Part shown: positions 48,001 to 58,500 of the stretch, in pieces | Layout: each line of letters starts with the position of its first letter | How positions within the stretch are numbered: position 1 is the stretch's first letter | The notes under the pieces: generated by a model | The model's input: the letters and a program-made list of their open reading frames with translations, nothing else | Told to the model about the DNA's origin: nothing | The model's database searches: none | Source: Methanobrevibacter sp. | Lineage (GTDB): Archaea > Methanobacteriota > Methanobacteria > Methanobacteriales > Methanobacteriaceae | Assembly (NCBI RefSeq): GCF_045116495.1 | Contig: NZ_JBGULU010000036.1 | Location: 1,026 to 65,025, forward strand | DNA length: 64,000 nucleotides | Direction: 5' to 3' | Made by a program: the position numbers and the translations under genes

Positions 48001-50823
48001 TTAAATACTAGTGAGGTGTTTGATATTGGTGCTGTTTTAACTCCTAATGTCGGTGAGCTGAGTTATAATACTAGTAATTCTTCAGTTGCAATAATTGATA
48101 ATGGTAAGATTATTGCAGGCTCTAAGGGCGGTGCTATTGTAACTATTTCATTTGCAGGTAATGACAAGTATTTAGCATCCAAAACTATTATAAATGTTGC
48201 TGTTGATATGAAAGCTACCTGGATTGATGTGGTTAGTGATGATGTTTCTTTGTCTATTGGTGATACTTTTGATATTGGTGCTGTTTTGAGTCCTGATGTT
48301 GGTGAATTGTCTTATGTTAGTAGTAATGAGACTGTTGCTGTTGTTGAAGATGGTAGGATTGTTGCTATGAATGCTGGTAGTGCTGTTATTACTGTTTCTT
48401 TTGCTGGTAATGATAATTATGTTGCTTCTAGTGCTAATGTTGATGTGGTTGTTAATAAGGTTGTTACTAATATTTCTGTGGTTAGTGATGATGTTTCTCT
48501 GTCTATTGGTGATACTTTTGATATTGGTGCTGTTTTGAGTCCTGATGTTGGGGAATTGTCTTATGTTAGTAGTAATTCTTCTGTAGCTGTTGTTGAAGAT
48601 GGTAGGATTGTTGCTATGAATGCTGGTAGTGCTGTTATTACTGTTTCTTTTGCCGGTAATGATAATTATGTTGCTTCTAGTGCTAGTGTTGATGTGACAG
48701 TTAATAAAAAATCTGTTGATATGATTGTTGATGTTGTTGTTATTGATGAATACTATCCGGGCATTGTAACTTTTAATATCCTATCTAATGTAGAGGGCAT
48801 TTATAATATTATCATTGGCGATAATAATCTTGAAGTAAGTGTTGTTGATGGTTTTGGAGAAGGAACATTCAAGGAAATGAATGCAGGTAAATATAATGCT
48901 GCTGTAAGGTTCTCAGGCAACGAAATCTTTGAAGAAGCTACAATTCAAAATGAATTTGAAATTTTAAAGCAACCTGTTAACTTCACTGTTGAGTTTGGTC
49001 AAACAAATTATCTGGGCAGAGTTAATGTTTTAATCAATGGAACTTCCGGTAATTACACCATTAAAGTTAACGATGACTCTCTTGTTATAGTTGTCGATGC
49101 TAATAATGCAGGTTTAGGTGTTATTGAAGGTCTGTCTGTGGGTTCTTACAATAATGTAAATGTATCTTATGAAGGCAATGATAATATTGAATCTGCTTTC
49201 AAACTCTTTAATTTTACTGTTAATCCTCTTAATTCCAGTGTTAAAATTGATCCGGTCAATGAATCCCTTAAATATATGGGCAGCGTTAATATAACTTACA
49301 CAGAAAATAATGGCAAATCAATCATTTGCGTTAAAAATAATATGGGCATTGTTGATTTCATACTTACTGATGGTAAAATTGTTTTAAAACAATTAATTGC
49401 CGGCAATTATACTGTCAGTGCTACCATTGTTGGAAATGAAAATATTTCTGGTTCTAGTGATGAAATTACATTCAATGTTGAAAGGGCAACTCCTGAATTC
49501 ACATCAGTTGCATCTGAAAACAATACTGTTGGTGGAACTGTTACTATTACTGTAAATGCTCCGCATGATGCTGAGGGCAGAGTATCACTTTCAGTAGATG
49601 GCAGAATTGTTTCATCCGGCGAAAATTTAAATGATGGTTGTGCAATATTCTATGTGTCTGACTTGGAGGAAGGTACTCATTCATATATAGTAAGTTATGA
49701 TGGTGATGAAAATTACATGCCTGCCGTTGATGAAAATTCCTTTGATGTGACAAAAACACATGATTCTGATAAGAGGGAAGTAAATGTAACTGTCCCTGAA
49801 ACTTCTAATGATGGTATATTCAGTATCTCTTTACCTGAAGATGCTACAGGTTATTTATTGGTTGATATTGATGGTATGCAGTATTCTGTTCCAGTTGAAA
49901 ATGGCAGTGCATCAGTTATACTTCTTGGATTGGCTCCCGGAAATTATAGCGTAAATCTTACATACACTGGTGATGATAAGTATGATTCTATAACAAAAAC
50001 AGCTAATTTAACTATCAATTCAAACAGTTATAATAATGTTTTAACTATTCCTGAGAATACAGAGACTGATTCAATAACATACTCAATTAACTTGCCTGAT
50101 GATGCCGGTGGATCTCTTGAAGTTTATGTTGATGGAAAGAAATATAATGCCAGTTTAAATAATGGATTTGCCAGTGTTAATGTTCTTAATTTATCTGAAG
50201 GCAATCATAATGTAACTGTTATATACACCGGTGATGGTAAATACTCTAAAGTGTTAAAATCTATTACTTTAAATGTGAAAGTTCCGGTATATAAAATTAC
50301 AAAGAACAAAAATATTTCCGTTACCTATTCAAATAGTAAATATTACAGAGTTCGCATAACTAAAGATGGCAAATCTGTGGGTGCTGGTGAAAGTGTTACT
50401 ATCACATACAACGGTAAAAAAACCACAGTTAAAACAGATAGCAACGGATATGCAAAATTAAAACTTAAAACCAATATTAAAGTTAAAACATATATCATTA
50501 AGGCAAAATATAAGGATGTAAGCGTATCCAATAAAGTTAAAATTAAACATGTTATAAAAGCATATAACAAAAAAGTAAAAAAACATAGCGGTTTAAATGT
50601 AAAAATTTCCTTGAAGAAAGTTAATGGAAAATATCTTAAATATAAGAAAATAAAAGTTAAATTTAGAGGAAAAATTTACAAAATCAAAACAAATAAGAAA
50701 GGTGTAGCAATTTGGAAAATTAAAAAGTCAATGGTAAAAAATCTTAAAGTTGGTAAAAGTTATACATATAAAATTACTTATGGAAAGGATGTTTTAAATA
50801 AAAAAATAACTATTAAAAGATAA
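42010..50823 (+). CDS. Giant adhesin-like surface protein (DUF3344-like domains, beta-helix modules, Ig-like repeats, Lys-rich C-terminus)
   Basis: Signal peptide; GGVD..YSG..FDGRIKL domain; three YV...G.D...G...A.KTI/GGAI/NWWG modules; Big_2-like repeats. Start uncertain (41995/42007/42010). Confidence 0.85.
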   Translation: MQQNIKNSLLLFTFLIILVSSMSFTFAHDLDNSTNDLKMYTDNMISMDPQGDIIFKKEGCTTDAVSLVKDEGLKDDGQIVEPMPQVDAGVVSGGVDYTAIHPATTSGNLVYTIPEDMTNVKSAIVIVNIYSGSYDNTYALYSNVTLNTINGLEVLGYESLYLDKNLENDPNVYGINSHITKQGAEFQMIYDITDKVSNLNSGDEVTINVDNFNYGSKEFDGRIKLISLLFAYDDGDNDNYTYWLHAGQLWTLSTASFDFDTKNYAGKTDNISLRKIVLTSKAAHTYKINNMESNYDSATTGVFNYKDIRWNNISSNFIKGMDTNFWFECSGAYKTSTVLLIASEIESLTEVYVDYYNGNDGNAGTDSSSAFKTIGRALSKVEENGIIYVSGTNYLDGVGVNGLDVNKNISIIGLGGNAIIDANNNCRIFNIGACTVNLSNLTLINANVVGASDKRGGALYVDGATLTVNNCKFTNDVAGSGSTDGRAIYLKSSTTTITNSVLLDGEKSVWVDGGTACLENNWWGNTNTNKNSNPKSLGYINVDVNSYLYLNIVMFASGMGVGDTASVNVMLVSTEGSEVDVCNLPVNLTAVNGVLNEYSIVIMDGLASSEYTITAAGSNSVTANVLGIQDTYTLSASDVISTEVIYLDSTGGSDSNSGVNWENAVQTIEKAIRIVDENGVIHVADGLYRLSDSTPTTGIAITKNVTIIGQSINSIISGNNAKRIFSIGKGNTLNIDKLTLTNAYITGSGQVYGGAILIEDEGNTNPISAGKLIISNSVISNSYAPYGGAIGTKYGSIDNVNNVTFINNSANSGGVLYIQGTGSIFKIGDNCKFVNNTANGRGSAIYSQSKVIIGKNNLFYGNDASGQYGYGAICSNGFELGTGNVFADNKAVKGGALYLAGNKYEGAASYCIFINNRDSNGCPVDKQTAKCQLTLDNCYWGTNTPDFSTLCKNGAITYNNYLILTITSDNNELHVGDNAVINIDLTKNQNGETVDIESLPNVVPLTFAVANGNVNPVKTELVNGEASTIYSPALMGEGSVTTNIYSLAETFNFDVLAEVGTVFVNYTGGLDTNAGDDWNTAVKTIKHALEIVGEGKTIYIADGINYLDDAGVDGVTVNKNVNIIGMGDNVVIDANNNGRIFNIGDFIVKLSNLIFINGNASSTSNKRGGALNVNGATLTIGNCEFINNTAGTGSSYGGAINLKSSTTSITESYFENNNAFYLGGAINAENNNVLLNISTSTFKNNLVSGSSGLGAAICSYNTVMIDKSIFYGNSFETSDKNGKSIYEYGSGRLTVTNSILLDGKKSVWVNSGTTTLKNNWWGNDESTRSINPKDLEYTNADVNSYLVLSSKIGQDKVYRGDLVTVTTTLENNVVELPVILGCNIGNIAPMADLVATSVSIYDATEIGDAVITIDVLGIKNEVKFSVKETLPRVSITDVKTQWKDGIYPAVNNTFTIILDNAENGNVGGLVLEVYSNESSELIASYNIDSLVSGNSQILVTDPTIRPITEQTVWPEAENNKIKFSFNLMRGEDVASSLSVDKILAYDGYFNKTYVYGGHDNIINRNYTISGDLIIATQDVSVYCDQFSRERTETWNVQTPQDAEIVKVFLYFNYNWDTSYYPNGWNLKFNEANLIGTEISYEKDRGNLGGWGAYNYGLLVFDVTDYYKVNEENSFIITKTGNCALYPSTLYVLYNVSGSNSVKDVYFSDICDVYYPNYNYFGYDDLLKTVVFYNDINVDNLVDATLYVFTGSSSAKDNLTFNNGVVVNPFNGHTANDCRPYVFNVTSFIETDNEAWFVTSVDSSTTVAYEQVLVVERNKGNTSINVVNDSVKLGIDDEFDIGATLIPSNVGELTYSSSNDAVATVVDGKIVAKKAGNAVINVSFAGNVNYLGSSTTVNVTVNKLDATITVSDSLSVDVDGTVDVGVSTDSDGVLSYSIADESVATVSDGGVVSGLKGGSTILNVSVAESDKFNAKSVEVVVTVNKLATNIYVVNKTIELNTSEVFDIGAVLTPNVGELSYNTSNSSVAIIDNGKIIAGSKGGAIVTISFAGNDKYLASKTIINVAVDMKATWIDVVSDDVSLSIGDTFDIGAVLSPDVGELSYVSSNETVAVVEDGRIVAMNAGSAVITVSFAGNDNYVASSANVDVVVNKVVTNISVVSDDVSLSIGDTFDIGAVLSPDVGELSYVSSNSSVAVVEDGRIVAMNAGSAVITVSFAGNDNYVASSASVDVTVNKKSVDMIVDVVVIDEYYPGIVTFNILSNVEGIYNIIIGDNNLEVSVVDGFGEGTFKEMNAGKYNAAVRFSGNEIFEEATIQNEFEILKQPVNFTVEFGQTNYLGRVNVLINGTSGNYTIKVNDDSLVIVVDANNAGLGVIEGLSVGSYNNVNVSYEGNDNIESAFKLFNFTVNPLNSSVKIDPVNESLKYMGSVNITYTENNGKSIICVKNNMGIVDFILTDGKIVLKQLIAGNYTVSATIVGNENISGSSDEITFNVERATPEFTSVASENNTVGGTVTITVNAPHDAEGRVSLSVDGRIVSSGENLNDGCAIFYVSDLEEGTHSYIVSYDGDENYMPAVDENSFDVTKTHDSDKREVNVTVPETSNDGIFSISLPEDATGYLLVDIDGMQYSVPVENGSASVILLGLAPGNYSVNLTYTGDDKYDSITKTANLTINSNSYNNVLTIPENTETDSITYSINLPDDAGGSLEVYVDGKKYNASLNNGFASVNVLNLSEGNHNVTVIYTGDGKYSKVLKSITLNVKVPVYKITKNKNISVTYSNSKYYRVRITKDGKSVGAGESVTITYNGKKTTVKTDSNGYAKLKLKTNIKVKTYIIKAKYKDVSVSNKVKIKHVIKAYNKKVKKHSGLNVKISLKKVNGKYLKYKKIKVKFRGKIYKIKTNKKGVAIWKIKKSMVKNLKVGKSYTYKITYGKDVLNKKITIKR
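48229..48696 (+). repeat. Near-perfect intragenic tandem duplication, 249-bp period (83-aa Ig-like domain)
   Basis: gtggttagtgatgatgtttc... starts at 48229 and again at 48478. Confidence 0.9.
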
Positions 50824-50882
50824 AGATTTTTGGAAGTATAAATTTACTTCTTTTTTAATTTAGGGAAATAATTGGTGATTAA

Positions 50883-53800
50883 ATGAAATATAAAAAAATT
50901 GTTTTGGTTTTATTATTGATTTCATTGATTTTTTTAAGCATTGAATCAATTTCGGCTGAAAATGTCATGGAATCCATGGCCAATGATACTGCAACAAGTG
51001 ATTTTAATCTTGACGGAGGGAGTATAGATTCAGATACTTTTGATCAAGAATTACAAGATGTATTGTCAAGTACAAATGAAGAGTTAATGTCTGATATGAG
51101 TAAAGATCCAATGCCAAATATTGAAACAGGTGTTGTCTCTGGAGGTGTAGATTTTACAAATATTCATCCATGGGCACCTTCTGATGCGGTTAATGGTAAT
51201 AAAGGAAAAATAACTTATAAAATTCCTTCTTCTGCAACTAATATTAAATCTGCTTATATTTATGTCAATATTTATTCCGGAAGTGGAAATTCTGATGTTT
51301 ATGGATTGCATTCTAACGTTACTTTAACTACTGATTCAACAGTAACATTAGGTTGTGAGAACTTAACATTCACCGGCAATCAACAGGATGACCCTACTGT
51401 TTATATTATTAATGACCATATTACCAAAGTGTATTCTGATTACATGATTTTTTATAATGTAACAGATTTACTTCAGGGATTGAATGGAACTTCAGTATCT
51501 GTCGATGTTCTTTCTTATCCTATGGCCGGGAAAAGTTTTGATGGTAGAATTAAATTGATATCATTATTTGTTGCTTGGGATGATGGTGATAGTGATGAAA
51601 TTTATTATTGGTTAAATGCAGGTCAAGCATGGACAAATGATGTTCAAAATGGCATATCCCATAAATTTGAAAATATAGGAGATCTTGATTTTAGTGAAAA
51701 GCAGTCTACTCTAATTAATGTAGCCGCTTCGAGTACTGACGCATTTTATTTAATCAATGGCATGCCCTTCTTTTCTGAAAATGATGCTGATGAGTATATA
51801 AACGGTGCATATTATCAATATCATAAATGGGATGTAAGTAATTATGTTGAACCGGGCACTTTGGAATTAGGTTATAAAGCAATTGGAGGAGCTTATGGTC
51901 CTTCTTTTAAGAATTTAATATCTATCTTGTTAATTCAGGATATTCCAAAATATGATGATACTGTTCAGATTTCATTAACACCTGAATTTAATGAAATTCC
52001 TTCTGCTTATGCAGGTACAAACAATACTTTAACCATTAAAATTACTGCTAAAGAAGGAAATTATGTTATTAGACTTTTGGCCGATGGTAAAATTGTTAAT
52101 AAAACTGAAAAGAATTTAAATGAAGGAATCAATACTTTATTGTTAACTGACCCGACTATCAGACAAGTTGATGAATCAACTGTAAACGGTGCTGAAAATA
52201 AAAAAGTTAATTATACTGTTCAAGTTTTATCAAAAGGTAATATTCTTAATTCTTCTTCAATCAGTATTCCTATTTTGTATAATGGTAATTTAGGTAAGGA
52301 TTTGGCTTATCCTACAGAGGGAATTAATTCTTTCTTAAATATTACTGTTAATGGAGATATTGTTATTGCTCCTCAAAATTATTCAAATTATATAAGTGCA
52401 AATGTTCTTAACAGGACTGAAGTTTGGGATGTTAATTTGGATGCAAATTCAAATATTGTAAAATCATTTATTTACATACCTTACTATGAATTCAATTCCA
52501 AATCTTATCCTGAAGATGAGAATATGTTTAAAGTTGCATTCAATGATGTAAATGTTATTCCGATTGCATTTTATAGAGATCAAAGTAATTTAGGCAGAAG
52601 CTATTATTCAGGTTATGGTGTATTAGTTTATGATGTGACTGATTTAATTAGAAATGGAAAAAATTACTTGAAACTAAATAAGGAGTTTGATACCCCTGCA
52701 GTTTATCCAAGTGCACTGATTTATATGTATAATACTACTGGAAGCAGTTCCATTAAAGAAATTTATATCTATAATGGTGCAGATTTACTGGAAGCCATTT
52801 CAAGTAATGTTGCAGAAAGAACAGTGCATACAGATACATCAATCAATGTTAATTCAAAATTAACTTCAAATGCAACTCTTTATGTTTTTGCAGCGGGTCC
52901 ACAGTCTGATGAGGGAGATTTAATATTCAATGGTGAAAAATACAAAAATATTTGGAATGCAACAAGTTCTTCTTATGAAGTATACTCTTTAGACGTTACT
53001 GATAGTCTAAAGGATAGCAATTCTGTTTCATTCGTATCAACAGGATATAGAATAATAGCATTGCAGCAAATTATGGTTCTTGAAAAAAATTTAGAGGAGT
53101 TAGGAATTTCTTTAGAAAGTGAATATCCAAATACTTGCTATGCAGGTACAAACAACTACATAACCGTAAATCTCGATGCTGTTAAGAATAATAAGGTAAT
53201 TGCCAGATTGTTGGCTGATGGAAAAGTTGTAGATGAATGTGAAATTGATTTAGTTTATGGATTAAATAATTTTACATTTGTTGATCCTACTATTAGGCCA
53301 GTTGATGAGTTCACGGTTAATGGAGCTGAAAATAAAAAAGTCAATTACACTGTTGAGGTGTCATCTAATGGTAATTTAATAAATTCATCTTCTGTTGTTC
53401 TTCCTATTTTGTATAACGGGTATTTAGGTAAAGATTTGGCTTATCCTGTCGGTGGCATTGACTCATTTTTAAATATAACAGTAAATGGGGATATTGTTGT
53501 TGATGTTAAGGATGATTCATCTTATCTTGGCGATTTTGATATTAAACGTAATGATGTTTGGAATGTTAACTTAGATAGTAAATCCAGTGTTGTCAAAGCT
53601 TTAGTTTATGTTCCTTACAGTTCAGCTAATATAAACCTTATACAGGAAAATGACATGTTCAATGTTAAATTCAATGGCAATAATGTTGCAGCTCTTCAGT
53701 TGTATAGGGATCAGAATAATTTGGACAAATACGGCAAATATGGTCATGGTTTAGTGGTTTATGATGTAACAGGTCTTTTGAAAAATGGTGAAAACACATT

Positions 53801-55343
53801 TGAATTAAATAAGGCTCAACCTACTCCAAAGGTTTATCCATCTACATTAATTTACATGTACAATACTACAGGCAGCACACTAATTAAAAATATTTATATT
53901 TCTAACGGCGCAGATTTACTTTCAAGTGATTCTAATAGATTAGTTCACATTGATTCAACAATAAACGTTGATTTTATCAAGGATGTTGCTAAATTACATG
54001 TCTTTGCAGCTAATGCTCAAGATAGGGATGGAGATATTGTTTTCAATGGTAAACTCTATGAAAATGTTTGGAAAGGCAATGAATTTAGTACAGAGTTATA
54101 CACTTTAGATATTTCCAACACTATAAAAAATACTAATGAAGTTTCATTTGTAGCTAAAAATGATACAATACTGGCCTTACAGCAGATAATTGTAACTACT
54201 CAAAAATCTCAAAGTCAGGTTGTCGCATCTGATTTAACAGTATTTTATGATAGTGATAGTTCGTTAGTTATCGGTTTAGATAATGGAAATGGTAATGTTA
54301 TTCCTAATGCAGAGCTAAATGTTGTTTTCAATGGTAATTCAACTGTTTTAACTACAGATAAAGATGGTCAAGTTAGTTTAGCTATTCCTTCCACATTACT
54401 TCCGAATTCATATGATGTAAGTATTTCATATTTGGGTGATGATAATTACATAAAATCATCTAAAGATATTAAAGTAATTGTTGAAAAGGTCCCTACTCAA
54501 ATTAATGCATCTGATTTGACAATCCCTTATAATACGAATGCTTCTTTAATTGTTAGTTTAAGTGATGCTAATGGTAATGTTATTCCTAATGCGGAGCTAA
54601 ATGTTGTTTTCAATGGTGATTCAACTGTTTTAACTACAGATAATGGTGGTAAAATTACTTTGCCTATTTCAGCCGGTTTGATTCCAGATACCTATGGAAT
54701 TGTTATTTCATTTAAAGCCAATCAAACTCATAAGGAATCATCTATGACTATAAATCTTGTAGTTGAGAAAATACCTACTCAAATTACTCCTAATGAAATA
54801 ACAGTAGTCTACAATACAAATAATAAAAAGACAGTTGCCACCTTAAACGATACTGATGGAAATGCAATTGCCAATGCTAAGGTTACTGTTGACTTAAATG
54901 GTGTTAAAAAAGAGGTTATTACTGATAAAAATGGTCAAGTTATTTTGAATGTCCCGTCAAAGTTAGTTCCTAAAACTTATACTGCTACTGTTTCTTTCGA
55001 TGGTAATATCACTCATGCTAAATCATCTGCCAGCAGTAAAGTTGTAGTTAAAAAAGCTAGTGTTAAATTATCTGCTTCAAAGAAAACCTACAAATTAAGT
55101 GTTAAAACTAAAAAATACACTGTTACCTTAAAGAACAATAAAGGTGCAGTGATGAAAAAAGTAACACTCACCCTAAAGGTCAACGGTAAGACATACAAAG
55201 CGACTACTACTTCTAAAGGTAAAGCTACATTTAAAATAACTAAATTAACTAAAAAAGGTAAATTTGATGCTACAATTACTTTCAAAGCTACAAAATACTT
55301 TAATAAATCAGTGAAAAAAGTTAAAATAACTGTTAAAAAATAG
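50883..55343 (+). CDS. Adhesin-like surface protein with three DUF3344-like domains
   Basis: Signal peptide; N-domain paralogous to that of the upstream gene; duplicated YAGTNN..DPTIR..YDVT..YPS.L domains; Ig-like and Lys-rich tail. Confidence 0.85.
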   Translation: MKYKKIVLVLLLISLIFLSIESISAENVMESMANDTATSDFNLDGGSIDSDTFDQELQDVLSSTNEELMSDMSKDPMPNIETGVVSGGVDFTNIHPWAPSDAVNGNKGKITYKIPSSATNIKSAYIYVNIYSGSGNSDVYGLHSNVTLTTDSTVTLGCENLTFTGNQQDDPTVYIINDHITKVYSDYMIFYNVTDLLQGLNGTSVSVDVLSYPMAGKSFDGRIKLISLFVAWDDGDSDEIYYWLNAGQAWTNDVQNGISHKFENIGDLDFSEKQSTLINVAASSTDAFYLINGMPFFSENDADEYINGAYYQYHKWDVSNYVEPGTLELGYKAIGGAYGPSFKNLISILLIQDIPKYDDTVQISLTPEFNEIPSAYAGTNNTLTIKITAKEGNYVIRLLADGKIVNKTEKNLNEGINTLLLTDPTIRQVDESTVNGAENKKVNYTVQVLSKGNILNSSSISIPILYNGNLGKDLAYPTEGINSFLNITVNGDIVIAPQNYSNYISANVLNRTEVWDVNLDANSNIVKSFIYIPYYEFNSKSYPEDENMFKVAFNDVNVIPIAFYRDQSNLGRSYYSGYGVLVYDVTDLIRNGKNYLKLNKEFDTPAVYPSALIYMYNTTGSSSIKEIYIYNGADLLEAISSNVAERTVHTDTSINVNSKLTSNATLYVFAAGPQSDEGDLIFNGEKYKNIWNATSSSYEVYSLDVTDSLKDSNSVSFVSTGYRIIALQQIMVLEKNLEELGISLESEYPNTCYAGTNNYITVNLDAVKNNKVIARLLADGKVVDECEIDLVYGLNNFTFVDPTIRPVDEFTVNGAENKKVNYTVEVSSNGNLINSSSVVLPILYNGYLGKDLAYPVGGIDSFLNITVNGDIVVDVKDDSSYLGDFDIKRNDVWNVNLDSKSSVVKALVYVPYSSANINLIQENDMFNVKFNGNNVAALQLYRDQNNLDKYGKYGHGLVVYDVTGLLKNGENTFELNKAQPTPKVYPSTLIYMYNTTGSTLIKNIYISNGADLLSSDSNRLVHIDSTINVDFIKDVAKLHVFAANAQDRDGDIVFNGKLYENVWKGNEFSTELYTLDISNTIKNTNEVSFVAKNDTILALQQIIVTTQKSQSQVVASDLTVFYDSDSSLVIGLDNGNGNVIPNAELNVVFNGNSTVLTTDKDGQVSLAIPSTLLPNSYDVSISYLGDDNYIKSSKDIKVIVEKVPTQINASDLTIPYNTNASLIVSLSDANGNVIPNAELNVVFNGDSTVLTTDNGGKITLPISAGLIPDTYGIVISFKANQTHKESSMTINLVVEKIPTQITPNEITVVYNTNNKKTVATLNDTDGNAIANAKVTVDLNGVKKEVITDKNGQVILNVPSKLVPKTYTATVSFDGNITHAKSSASSKVVVKKASVKLSASKKTYKLSVKTKKYTVTLKNNKGAVMKKVTLTLKVNGKTYKATTTSKGKATFKITKLTKKGKFDATITFKATKYFNKSVKKVKITVKK

Positions 55344-55527
55344 GGATTTATGTCTCTATTTTTCAATTTTTTTTTTAAATTTGTCATTATTGTTATCAAA
55401 AGAGGGAAATTGTTGAAGTTGTCATGATAATTAATTATTACTCCCTTATGGGGTTTTTTAATACTTTACATATATTTATTAATAATTATCAATAAATTTT
55501 TTATTAATATTTATTTGATGTGGTAGA

Positions 55528-58500
55528 ATGTTCAAAATTAATAAAAAAATTGTTTTGATTTTCATCATTATCGGACTAATATTTGTTTCGTCGCAAATGG
55601 TTTTTGCTCAAAATGATAATGAAACAAATTTAGAATTAAATTCTAATTCCGCTAATGTTATTGAGGTTCAAACAAATGATGATTATCAGTTAAATGGAAT
55701 TTCTGATGATAATAATAACCTATGCAGTGATAATGCTAATTTAAATAATGAAAAACTTTCATCATCCGATAATTTAACTATCTTTCTTGTCAGTGATAAT
55801 CCTGGAACTAATATTTTAGATGCTGCATGTAAAGAATTGTATGATGAATATGATTTAAAAAATGTAAATTTAGTTGTAAGAAGCGGTTATCAGGTTAAAG
55901 AAATGGATGAAACTGAATTCGCCCGGCTGTTATATGATTGCGATGCATTTGTTGGAGAATGGATTAGTGCCGATGTTGATGCAGTTTTAACCAGTGTTTT
56001 AAGTAAAGATTCTACTTTATCCAATAAAAAAATGTTCTTTATTTTGGAACCTCCTGTTGGTAATTTGAATTCTGAATCTTCTTCTATCGAATTAATTAAA
56101 CAGTCCACATTAAATTATAATAAAATTTTTAATTCATTTTCTAATGAAGAGTTAATAGCCTATTTCCAAAGTACAAAAAGAGGAACTACCTATACTGATG
56201 TAGAACAGGCAATAAAAAATTATGGTTCAGATTTCAATGAGATGTTTAATCAGATGGTTCTTTATAAAGACATTCATGATAAGGATAATTTAAAAAATCA
56301 GATTTTATATGTATTAAATTATTTTGGTATGGATATTCCATACAAGGAACCTGCCTTTAGAGATTCTAAACTATATGGAATATATAGGGATAAATGGTAT
56401 TCTTTAGATGAGTATATGAATACTTTTTTCAAGCCTGAAAATAATCGTACAATCGGTATTTTGGAAAGTACTATGTATATTTCATCCCAACAATTACATC
56501 CGTGCAATGCAATAATGGAATATTTTGAATCAAATGGATATAATGTCATTCCAGTTTTTGCTGCCGGAGCGACTCCTGAACAATTAAGGGTAATGGTCGA
56601 ATCTTTTACCAGTGCAGGAAGTGACATATCCGGTTTCATTGCCAATTCATCTAATTATGATATTTACGTTGATGCAATCATATCTGTTGTTGCATATGGT
56701 GTTGGTGGAGAAAACTTCACAGTAACAAATAAATTTTTTGAAGAGATAGGTGTTCCCGTATTTAGAGCTGTCCATTCAGATTATGTTTCTAATGAACAAT
56801 GGGAATTGGGAACAAGTGGTTTAACAACAGAAAAAAGTGATAAATGGTGGCATGTAGCTATTGCCGAAGCTCAAGGAATAATTGATGCGACATTCATTGG
56901 CGGTGCTTCAAGTTACATATCCAATACTACCGGCGCCAGAATTGTAACTTATATTCCTCATCAGGGAAATGTTGAATTGTTATGTGAAAGGATTGATTCA
57001 TGGGTTGATTTGCAGTACATGTCCAATAGTGAAAAACTCATTTCTTTGATTTATTATAATTACCCGCCTGGAAAGCAGAATATCGGGTCAAGTTATTTGG
57101 ACACCATAACAAGTATTTATAACATGCTTTATTCTTTAAAAGCATCCGGATATAATGTTGGCAAGTTGCCTTCAAACGTATCCGAGTTAGAAAATTTAAT
57201 GTTAAAATGCGGAATCAATGTAGCTACTTGGGCTCCTGGGGAACTTGAAAAATTAGCAAACCAGTCAGACGTGGTTTTATTGCCTGTTAGCGAATATACA
57301 GATTGGTTTGAAACCTTGCCTGAAATTGTTAAAATCCAAGTTAAAGAAGGACCTATTCCTTACATTGGAGAATTAGCTAAAAGGTCTGTTGAATTAAACT
57401 ACACAGTAACTATTGGCGATACAATTGATGATTGGTATAATCAGATTGTTTCTTTACTTCCTGAAAATAAGTCTGCAGAAGCCACAAAAGTATTGGATAA
57501 CATTGTTCGAGCTTTAAAAGATTATACAGCTACTCATGATTATGAATATTATAATTTATTCTTAAGCTATTATGAAGAATTTAAGCAATTGAATATTGAT
57601 GGATTGACTGGTTGGGGCGAATCTCCAGGTAATGTCATGGTTGTTAATAGAAATGGAACTGATTACTTTGTTATTCCTGGTTTAACATTTGGAAATATTT
57701 TTGTAGCTCCAGAACCGCAAAGAGGATGGGAATCCGATATTGAAAATCTTTATCACTGTACTGCAGTTGCGCCTACTCATCAATATTTGGCCGCATATTA
57801 TTATATGCAGACCTATCATCCAAATGCAATGGTCTTTACAGGAAGACACGCAACTCACGAATGGCTGCCCGGAAAGGAAATTCTTTTATCATCCACAGAT
57901 TACGGATCTGTTGTTGTAGGCGAAGTGCCTCAATTATACTTCTATATTACTGATGGTTTAGGAGAAGCTATTCAAGCTAAAAGAAGAGGATTTGCAGTTT
58001 TAATTTCTCACTTAACTTCTCCGTTATCATATACTCATTTATATGGTAATTTGACTGTTGCAGCAAAGTTGGTTGACCAGTATTTAAATGCAAAGAATCA
58101 GAGTTCAAAAAATGAAATAAGCGGTCAATTACGTAATTTAATTATAGACAATGATTATTCTATGAATCTTGGATTAAAAAAAGAAGAAGTTTCAAATCTG
58201 ACTTCTGATTTGCTTGTTGAAAAAGTAAATAATTTCTTAATATCAACCCAGTCTACAATTTATCCTTTAGGGCTTCATGCTATTGGACAATATTGGAACG
58301 AGCAAGATTTGGCAAGCACTGTTAGTGTAATGATGTCATTTGACTTTACTTTGCCGAATAATAAGGGAGAAACCAATCTATTTGATGAAATTTCCAAATA
58401 TTACTATTCTTCCAAATATGAAAGTTTATCCTCTTTCCAAAGGGAATTTGTATCAAACAAAGCCTATGATATCTGTAAAGCTTTAATTTACTGGGATATT

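Noticed and set aside
55345..55527. Possible cobalamin riboswitch upstream of the CobN-like gene (agagggaaattgttgaag...ctcccttatgggg)
   Set aside because: Only a vague resemblance; the conserved B12-box and GCCACTG core are not present.
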